Assembly (NCBI RefSeq): GCF_009914755.1
Contig: NC_060925.1
Source of the DNA: the human T2T-CHM13v2.0 reference genome, Homo sapiens
DNA: 64,000 nucleotides
Direction: 5' to 3' (one strand)
In this document: positions 56,609 through 64,000 of the stretch, piece after piece
Numbering within the stretch: position 1 is the stretch's first letter
Layout of the letters: the number at the start of each line of letters is the position of its first letter
Position numbers and translations under genes: made by a program
The notes under the pieces: generated by a model
Database searches by the model: none
What the model saw: only the letters and a program-made list of their open reading frames with translations
What the model was told of the DNA's origin: nothing

Positions 56609-58155
56609 TGTGTCCGGAATTGGTGGGTTCTTGGTCTCACTGACTTCAAGAATGAAGCCGCAGACCCTTGCGGTGAGTGTTACAGTTCTTAAAGATGGTG
56701 TGTCTGGAGTTTGTTCCATCTCATGTTTGGACGTGCTCGGAGTTTCTTCCTTCTGGTAGGTTCATGGTCTCGCTGGCTTCAGGAGTGAAGCTGCAGACCT
56801 TTGCGGTGAGTGTTACAGCTCTTAAGACGGCACGTCTGGAGTTGTTCGTTCCTCCTGTCCGGAGTTGTTCATTCCTCCCATCTGGAGTTGTTCATTCCTC
56901 CCAGTGGGTTCATGGTCTCACTGGCCTCAGGAGTGAAGCTGCAGACCTTTGCAGTGAGTGTTACAGCTCTTAAAGGTGGTGTGTCCAGAGTTGTTCATCC
57001 CTCCTGGTGGGTTCATGGTCTTACTGGCTTCAGGAGTGAAGCTGCAGACCTTCACCGTGAGTGTTACAGCTCATAAAGGCAGTGCGGACCCAAGGAGTCA
57101 GCAGCAGCAAGATTTATTGTAAAGAGCAAAAGAACAAAGCTTCCACAGTGTGGAAGGAGACCCCAGCAGGTTGCCCCTGCTGGCTCTGGCAGCCTGCTTT
57201 TATTCCCTTATCTGGCCCCATCCACATTCTGCTGATTGGCCCATTTTACAGAGAGCTGATTGGTCCGTTTTACAGAGAGCTGATTGGTCTGTTTTGACAG
57301 GGTGCTGATTGGTACATTTACAATCTGGCTAGACACAGAGTGCTGATTGGTGCATTTACAAACCTTGAGCTAGATACAGAGTGCTGATTGGTGTATTTAC
57401 ATACTTTAGCTAGACATAAAAGTTCTCCAAGTCCCCACCAGATTAGCTAGATACAGAGTGCTGATTGGTGCATATACAATCCTCCAGCTAGACATAAAAG
57501 TTCTCTAAGTCCCCACCCAACTCAGGAGCCCAGCTGGCTTCGCCTAGTGGATCCCATACCAGGACTGCGGGTGGAGCTGCCCGCCAGTCCCGCGCCACAT
57601 GCCTGCACTCCTCAGCTCTTGGGTGGTCGATGGGCCTGGGTGCTACGCAGCAGGGGGCAGTGCCCGTCGGGGAGGCTCAGGTCGCCAGGGAGCTCACTGT
57701 GGGGGGGCTCGGGCATGGCGGGCTGCAGGTCCCAAGCCCTGCCCCGCGGGGAGGTGGCTGAGGCCCGGCGAGAATTCAAGTGTGGGGCAGGCGGGCTGGC
57801 AGTGCTGGGGGACCCAGTGCCCCCTCCGCAGCTGCTGGCCCGGGAGCTAATCCCCTCACTGCCCAGGGCCGGTGGCGCCGGCCAGCCACTCCGAGTGCGG
57901 GGCCTGCCGGGCCCGCGCCCACCCCGAACTTGCGCTGGCCCGCGAGTGCTGTGTGCAGCTCCGGTTCCCTTCCATGCCTCTCCCTCCACACCTCCCAGCA
58001 AGCAGTGGGAGCCAGCTCCGGCCTTGGCCAGCCCAGAGAGGGGCTCCCACAGTGCAGCGGTAGGCTGAAGGGCTCCTCAGCATGGCCAGAGCGGACGCTG
58101 AGGCCGAGGAGGTGCTGAGAGCAAGTGAGGGCTGCTAGCACGTTGTCACCTCTCA
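56609..58155 (-). mobile_element. LTR12-family (ERV9; C/D/E-type) solo LTR
   Basis: Minus strand tgagaggtgacaacgtgctagc...aattccggacaca; GC-rich U3, CCAAT repeats, U5 repeats; perfect 4-bp TSD ctaa. Confidence 0.97.
57196..57470 (-). promoter_or_regulatory. LTR12 promoter/enhancer: seven CCAATCAGC (NF-Y) boxes plus the AATAAA TATA-like box
   Basis: gctgattgg at about 57231, 57255, 57279, 57304, 57342, 57383 and 57460; gcttttatt at 57196-57204. Confidence 0.75.
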
Positions 58156-58602
58156 CTAACTGAGGGGGAAGTCCATCCAGATGGTTGAGGGGTCTTAGAA
58201 TTTTATTTTTGGTTTATGTAATTTATAAGTGAATCAGTTCTTTCACACTTCAGTTCCCTATCCTTGTGTGGCATCATCTCTCTCTCTTGATCATGCATCT
58301 ACCTTTGGATTGGCGCTTGGCAGTTTCGTGGGACTCTCTGAGTAGACACACGGAGATTTGCAAAGATCTGTTTTACTTAGATGTCCGAGGAGGAATATTA
58401 ATTAATTTTAGCATGCCACCTGCAGCTTGTAAGCCCAGCATAGTTCACAGATCAAATGCTTGCATTCCAGCTGCTGGAGCTCTAAAGTTAAGTGGTTAGG
58501 ATTTTTGCCCTCAAGGAGTCCTCAGTCCAGTGGAGAATCCAGATGCACAAACAAACATTGATGATGAAATATAAGTGTAGTAAAGAAGAATGTGGCAAAT
58601 TG

Positions 58603-59218
58603 TGTAGGGGTGAAGGGAAAGCTTCCCCTTCACTCTCAGAAGGTTCCGTGAAAAATTCAGTTCACAAAAGGCAGATTAATAGGAGAAAAAGGATACTAAA
58701 AGAAACTGACCAAACTTACTTGATCATAGTTTATTTGATCATAGTTTCCCATGACACAGGAGCCTTCAGAATGAAGATTCAACTCCCCAGTGGGGTACAG
58801 GAGCTTGTATATCACCTTGAGATTACAGAAAGAACAGGAGCTTGGAGCATGGCCAAAACCAGGTTATGGTGGTAAATCAGATTTTAGTGAAGAGACAGGT
58901 TATGGGAGGGAGAGAAGGGGAGGCTTGGCTATTAAAAGTGGTCTTGGTATGGAGATAAAACCTCACAGGTAGCAGCCCTCAGAGAGGATAAATGGACAAT
59001 GTTTCTTTCGGATATTTAAATGTGTCAGACTCTTGGTTAATCTTTCCTAGATCTGGATTAGGGAAGGCCTGGTTGCGTTAATGCAGATTGCTAATGATGC
59101 AAATTTCCCCCACAAAAGACAGCTTTGCAGGACCAGTTCTGTTTACTGACCCCCTGACAGCCATCCCAAAATATGTCAAAGAAATATATTTGGGGCTGAA
59201 ATATTTTTATTTCCTTTA
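58603..59218 (-). mobile_element. LTR49/MER34-group ERV1 solo LTR inserted in an L2 fragment
   Basis: Minus strand starts taaaggaaataaaaatatttcagccccaaatatatttctttgacatatttt. Confidence 0.78.
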
Positions 59219-59789
59219 GCTGCCATGGGAGCGTGGATGAGAAAGCAATTCATCTCGAAATGGAGATTAGTAAATGTGAGCCTTAGAGAGGACAGATGTC
59301 TGAGCAGAGCTTTGAATCACATGTTAGGGAGGTGGAGTTTGGAAGGAGGAAGGCATGATGCTGCGAGAACACGGTACTTCTGTGGAGTGGTCAGGGGAGA
59401 GTGGCTAGAGAAAGAGGTGGACATAGTGAAGGGCCATGAGGTTTGAACTTTGGACTTCCTTCTGTAGATAGGAGTCTTCAGAGAAAGTAGCATAATCACA
59501 GCCAGGTGCCATTTGGAATTTTACGAGTGAGGCATCCAAGTGTTTGTTCAATGCTTGTAAACCAACCTTGTTGTAGGTGTGGATTCATAAACTGATTTAC
59601 ACACTTGGATAATGGGTTATTATGAGCCAATTATTTCTTAGAGACTGAAAAAGTTCTTAGTAACTGAAACCTTCTGCCTCAGGACATAGGAAGGGCAGGA
59701 TAAAAGTAATCAGGCTTAGAATGTTTCTCACCAAGACCAGTTTGAGCAAGATTAGACATTTCAATAGTCAGATCTTTTCTCTTCAGGGC

Positions 59790-60005
59790 AGCTGTAGCAG
59801 CATAGCAAGACTCAGATGTGAGTGCCAGGGTCTGTTTAAAGCTTCCTCACCAGCTGTGAACTCTTTGGCAAGTCACTTCTTTGATTCTCAATTCTTCTAC
59901 TATAAAATGAGGAATATAATCATATCTATTTGTTTCAGAGGTGGTTGTGAGGATTAAACAAAATTAAATGAGCTAATATAAGCATTTTTTGGATGTCATA
60001 AAGTA
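59790..60005 (+). mobile_element. MIR
   Basis: cagctgtgaactctttggcaagtcactt...tataaaatgagg...gttgtgaggattaaa. Confidence 0.8.
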
Positions 60006-60079
60006 TTGTGAAAAGTATGGGGTTATGGTTATAACTATCAAAAGTAGAAGTCTAACTGATTATAAAAATACCAATAATG

Positions 60080-60290
60080 ATTATTATTTATTGAAGGTTT
60101 GTTTTGTGCTGGCCCTATTCTAAATTCTTTACATATGTGATCTTATAATTCTTATAGTAATCCTATAGGGGAGGTTTTTACAGAGAAGGAAACTAAGGCT
60201 TGACAAGGTTGAACAATTCATAAGCAATAGAGCCAGAAATCAGAAGTCATACTTTGCTGACTACAAGCCTGGGCTTATAATCACTACTTT
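60080..60290 (-). mobile_element. MIR
   Basis: ttttacagagaaggaaactaaggctt. Confidence 0.75.
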
Positions 60291-60305
60291 TCCAATCAAT
60301 CTTTT

Positions 60306-60413
60306 ATTTTCATTTTTTTTTTCTTTTTTTATAGATAGGTCTTACCTATGTTGCCCAGGCTGGTCTTGAACACTTGAGCTCAAGTGATTTTCCCACCACG
60401 GCTTCCTAAGTTG
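60306..60413 (-). mobile_element. FLAM-like truncated Alu monomer
   Basis: Poly(T) plus left-arm sequence; perfect TSD aatcaatctttt (60294-60305, 60414-60425). Confidence 0.88.
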
Positions 60414-61726
60414 AATCAATCTTTTCAAAATGCTTGTTTTTTACTTTAAAGTTTAGGCAACTGACAAGAAATTATCAACACATCATCATTGCAGAATTAC
60501 TAGGCTGAAGTTTCTCATGTTCCTTCTATCAGAACTAGGAATCTACAGATAGAAAATGTGATCCCTTTTTTTTTCTTATATATGAACACGAGCTATTATT
60601 GTTGACTACAAATAAAATATGCTCTGAGTTTTGTTGTCAAAATATGACTTGAGGAATAGTTTAATATGAAATTCATTTCTTTTTTTAGGGAGGCAAAACC
60701 ACACAGTCTTTCAAATTATGTTCTCTATTATTTTGTCCTTTATTGACAAAACTGTTTAAGAAGAATAGAGCACAGAAACGCTGGAACACTGTTCCTCACC
60801 TCCTACTCTGACATCTAAAGATCCATCTTCCCTTGAAGAATGAATAAAGAGGACATAGTTTGTCACTTTCAGGTCCAAGAGATACTGAGAAAACTAAAAT
60901 AGGGGCAGCTGTGTTTCCATAATGTTGTTGAGTATTCAAAAGGGCTATATAAATTGAGCTTTTACTTCAATAGTGTTGAAGTTTTAAAAAGGGGTGGACT
61001 ATAATTAGTTATACATACACCATATTAGAAACCCTGAGTTGGTCTAATTATTAACAGGGTTAAATCAAACCCAGTGTCTGTATTTGTTGATGGAAACCTT
61101 GCTGCATCTCTGGGATATAATCTCAGTGGCTTTCATCCCATCTTTCTCTAAATGGGTGTCAGTGCCCTAGCAATGACCTTGGGTACTGGAATAGACTCAG
61201 GTCTCCCCACGCATGGTTTTGCTGCCAGGCAGTAGATGGCAGAATTGAGCTTGACTTTTATGGTTGCCTTTCTTCTCACTTGCCTCCATTGGTGAAGTTG
61301 AAGTACTCTTAAGCTACTTGTTAAAATAGCTTTTTTTAAAAAAAAAAATCACAAATAATTCTATGTGTCTGTTTTATTCCATTTGAATCTCATACATTGC
61401 CTACCGTATAATGCTTTTTTAAAGAAAAAGCTTATAGGAACTATAGTTGATTTCTTCCTCTTGTTCCAAGGTTTTCTAATCTCAAAAGGACATCACCCTC
61501 ATTTTAATACTTTTTTTACCTCTGTTTTCTTTTATCCAATGTTATTAAAGCTTTCTTCTATCCTCTTCCCCATCATTTAAAAAAATTTAAAAATCAACAC
61601 TAGATTTTTTATTTTATGTCCTTCAAATTATTCAGACAATTCTACTCGTCTTAAGACTGTAATAAAAATTCCTATCTCCACAGTGTGGGAGAATTGTCAA
61701 AGAAGGCAGGATCCTCTTCTGATGTA

Positions 61727-61803
61727 GTAGGTTGGTGCAAAAGTAATTGCGGTGTTTGCTATTTCAATGGCAACAAGGCACAATTACTTTTGCACCGACC
61801 TAA
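61727..61803. mobile_element. MADE1 (Hsmar1-derived palindromic MITE)
   Basis: taggttggtgcaaaagtaattg...caattacttttgcaccgacctaa, flanked by TA. Confidence 0.96.
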
Positions 61804-62419
61804 TAAATGTGGGCTTTGATAAAGCTACTGTCACATACAACTTGAAATCATGAAGAGGCCCTCAGGACAAAATCTAGGAGTTGATTGAGAAAGAACAAAT
61901 GGAAAGTTTGTGAAAGCAGAAATCTTCAAGTAGGATATTTTGTTTAAAGGTGGGAGTGTTATGGGAAAAGGCAGAAGCCATTTGACTCAACCCTATTACT
62001 GAAGGCTGAAAAGAACATATATTTTTTAAAAATCTACCATTGAAGTAGTTTAGGAAAAATGTCTGTGAGCTGCAAACCCCCAAAGGAAAAGAACTAACTG
62101 AGAGGAATACCTCTGGAAGAACATGTTGAGATGACTAGGGTACAAATTGGGCCTGAAATTCAATGTTTATTCTGGAGAGACTAGATAAACACTTAGTACT
62201 TTAGCAGTAGTAGAACTAAAAGAAGGTACTTAAATTGGCTTAGGGTAGAAGTAGATTGCAAGAGCTCAGCCTTGAATAAATTAAATTAGTCAATTGTTTT
62301 ACTTACTTATACATAATATGTACCCTGTATTTCTTCATGCTAATAGATAATATGATTTTTGCAATTTATCTGCCCTATGAAACATTTTATGGAAGACCTC
62401 AGGTAGGAAGGTTATTTAA

Positions 62420-62938
<519 letters not shown>

Positions 62939-63007
62939 CAAGGCCTATTTCTTTGCAATAATTTACACAGTAAAATCCAAGATTAACACTTGAATTATTG
63001 CAACGCA

Positions 63008-63213
63008 TTCCTTCCATTTTTCCTTCCTTCCTTCTTTTTTGCCCTCACTCCTTTTCTTCTTTCCTTCCTTTCTTTCCTTTCTTTCTCTCCTCCCTCCCTC
63101 CTTCCCTCCCTTCTTTCCTTCCTCCCTTCTTACCCCTATCCTTTTCTCTTCCCTTCCCTTCCCTTTCCTTCTTTCCTTCTTTCCTTTCTCTCCTCTTTCC
63201 TTTTTTTTTCCTC
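63008..63213. repeat. Polypyrimidine low-complexity tract
   Basis: About 200 nt almost entirely C/T. Confidence 0.95.
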
Positions 63214-63740
63214 AAAAAAATTTAAAGAAGGTTTAGGGGCACCTATGTACTATTTAAAAAAATGATAAAGAATGTGAGGAAGAAAATGTCCATGAACACT
63301 ATTTTAAATGCCATGTCTTAATATCAGTTTCCCTTGTTATTTTCCTAGCCAGTCTTTGTCAGGGAAATAGCAGTCATTTTCCTAAGCCTAAATTTAACAG
63401 ACACCTGATAACTCTGTATAGTACTTGCTGATAGGAACCGAAGTAAACAAGAGTGACGCATAGCAATGTTGTCATTTCTACTCTACCGAGTCCATGTGGG
63501 TATGGAGATAGAAAGAATGTGACTTGATTGAAAAGGAATTTGTTGTTGAATGAGAGGTTAAACTATGTTCTTAACTTTTAATCCTATGTGCAAAGCCTTT
63601 TAAATAATTTGGAAATAATATTACAAAAGGAACAATTTAACCTAAGTTAGTTGTACTCTACCATTTCTTTTTCAGAGAGAAGAATCAGTAGAGCTACATT
63701 TTCTTGGCACTCCAAAATGTGGATTTCAAAACTGTTAGTT

Positions 63741-63907
63741 CAGAAGTGTTCAACTTTTGCTGCCCACTGGAATTATCTGGAGAGCTGCAAAAGGACACTG
63801 ATGCCTGGGCTGCACCTCCTAGAGGTCTTGATTTGATCAATCCAAAGGAAGGCCTGGGCAGTAAATTTTTAAAAGTTCCACAGGTAATTCCAAGTTGGGA
63901 ACCATTG
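63741..63907. mobile_element. MER5-type hAT MITE
   Basis: ggaattatctggagagctg...actgatgcctggg...ggcctgggcagtaaatttttaaaagttccacaggtaattc...ttgggaaccattg. Confidence 0.78.
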
Positions 63908-64000
63908 GTAGCTGGAGTAGAAGACATTTATTAAGTAATGACACAAAATGAGGTTTGGGACAAACTTTGTATATCAAGTGAAGAAATTTATCCTGTAGGT

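Larger units (their letters stand above)
56088..58218 (-). mobile_element. MER4B/D-like ERV1 solo LTR interrupted by LTR12
   Basis: aaactctgtaaaatatttgaagagatttattctgagccaaat; resumes at 58160 and ends agaattttatttttggtttat. Confidence 0.85.

Noticed and set aside
56630-57075. Regularly spaced repeats with variable intervening sequence, resembling a CRISPR array
   Set aside because: These are the normal U5 tandem repeats of LTR12; the spacers are related to each other, and there are no cas genes in this primate DNA
57547-58156. GC-rich ORFs up to 173 aa and a CpG-island-like stretch suggesting a gene's first exon
   Set aside because: Entirely within LTR12 U3; overlapping ORFs in several frames reflect few stop codons at high GC

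Overview
This is repeat-dense primate genomic DNA, probably human: one Alu carries all five AluYa5 diagnostic bases. I find no intact protein-coding gene, rRNA, tRNA or CRISPR array. The long ORFs are broken LINE-1 ORF1/ORF2 pieces or chance ORFs in LTRs, Alus and microsatellites. The window holds a full-length but inactivated L1PA4-like element (46320-52747) with a young AluYa5 in ORF1, and a long decayed L1MC1-like element (about 23370-31048). It also has other L1, L2 and MIR fragments, about 18 solo LTRs (including an LTR12 nested in a MER4-group LTR), about 15 Alus, DNA-transposon relics (MER2, Tigger3/MER7, MER30, MADE1, MER5) and two Y RNA retropseudogenes (Y3, Y1). I found no new gene system. 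The most unusual signal is a set of locally templated insertions, where nearby DNA was copied, often inverted, into new positions. The first is a mosaic at 28340-29100 with three copied segments and a perfect 84-bp palindrome. The second is a 65-bp inverted copy inside a MER61 LTR with a snap-back junction. There are also two smaller fold-backs. Repeat subfamily names come from my recall of consensus sequences and need Dfam/RepeatMasker confirmation.
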